Below, in pieces: positions 63,215-64,000 of a DNA stretch of 64,000 bases; the first letter of the stretch is position 1, and each line of letters begins with the position of its first letter. The position numbers were made by a program, and so were the translations under genes. The stretch is from Eledone cirrhosa. Taxonomy: Eukaryota. The notes beneath the pieces are model-generated. The model was given only the letters and a program-made list of their open reading frames with translations. It was not told the DNA's origin and searched no databases. The DNA lies in assembly GCA_964016885.1 (NCBI GenBank), contig OZ024740.1, forward strand, positions 94,612,001 through 94,676,000. Direction: 5' to 3'.

Positions 63215-63276
<62 letters not shown>

Positions 63277-63619
63277 CATTTCTATTGTTATTAGCAGTAA
63301 TATGAGTGCTTCTCCACTTAATTCAATTTTCTTTACATTTCTACTGAGATTATTCCCTACTCTAGGAGATAGCAAACCACTGCTTACAAAAGATGATTGC
63401 ACCAGAATGTTCACATCATGCACTTGACAAATTTACACGTATAGCATTTGCTCTCTAGATGTTCACATTATCTGCTTAGAAACATACAGAGAGCAGAATC
63501 AAATTCAATCATATAAGAATGATAGATTATGTAAATATAATTATAGAACACAATCAATTAAAATTATTACATATATGATTATCATTTTACGTGTGATATG
63601 TGCCTTCTCAATAAGCACA

Positions 63620-64000
63620 AATAAGTTATGTTTCAAAGGTCTGGCGGAGGTCGCGAACGCGTCCCTCGCTTCCGCTATCTACTACAACCTGGTCGTCGTA
63701 CACATTCCTTGGACAGGTCTAACTGCATTTGAACGTCTATTATTTTGCTTTTTTGTAGAGGGGTGAGGTTCCTTTGGTCATGCTGTCCATCCACTGTCAA
63801 CACCCACTTACTAGTTGATTGGGTATGCCGTGGCTGATGATGCGCAAACATTAGCTGAGGTTACCACATCTCCAACGTTTGCTTGATGATGAACAGCTGA
63901 GGCCGTCGTTCGCTAAACATTTTTCTCCTCCACGATTAGTTAATTGAGCTGCAGTCTTGGATTAAGTGAGGATTGAGAGACTGGAATACTTTCAAGAGCT
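63620..64000 (+). pseudogene. Degenerate ORF2 fragment of the same Tx1-type LINE group
   Basis: KLCFKGLAEVANASLASAIYYNLVVV...LTAFERLLF aligns with KLSLKGRAEVANAYIASVICYRLTVV...LTVLERLLF. The DNA motifs GGTATGCCGTGGCTGATGATGCGC and GAGCTGCAGTC are shared. Confidence 0.85.

Overview
Gene-free, repeat-dense animal genomic DNA. It is AT-rich with very long (TA)n/(TG)n/(ATT)n microsatellites and tRNA-derived SINEs of a type known from cephalopods, so an octopus-like host is inferred, not shown. No host protein-coding exon could be supported. Contents: (i) 0-16 kb holds several Penelope-like element (PLE) remnants and non-coding units between (TA)n tracts, carrying at least five recognisable type-I hammerhead ribozyme motifs, plus a Helitron helicase relic and a small LTR element; (ii) 25-48 kb is one ATT/AAT microsatellite tract colonised by two R4/Dong-type RLE LINEs (minus strand), two full-length head-to-tail Tx1/L1-type LINEs with intact ORFs (plus strand), a non-autonomous Helitron and an older Tx1 relic; (iii) 53.9-62.3 kb is a ~521-bp tandem array (~15.7 units). 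Its units carry a minus-strand hammerhead-like core in an extended stem, and the array ends in an inverted partial unit, making it a candidate retrozyme-type satellite. Most entries in the ORF track are microsatellite or antisense artefacts.
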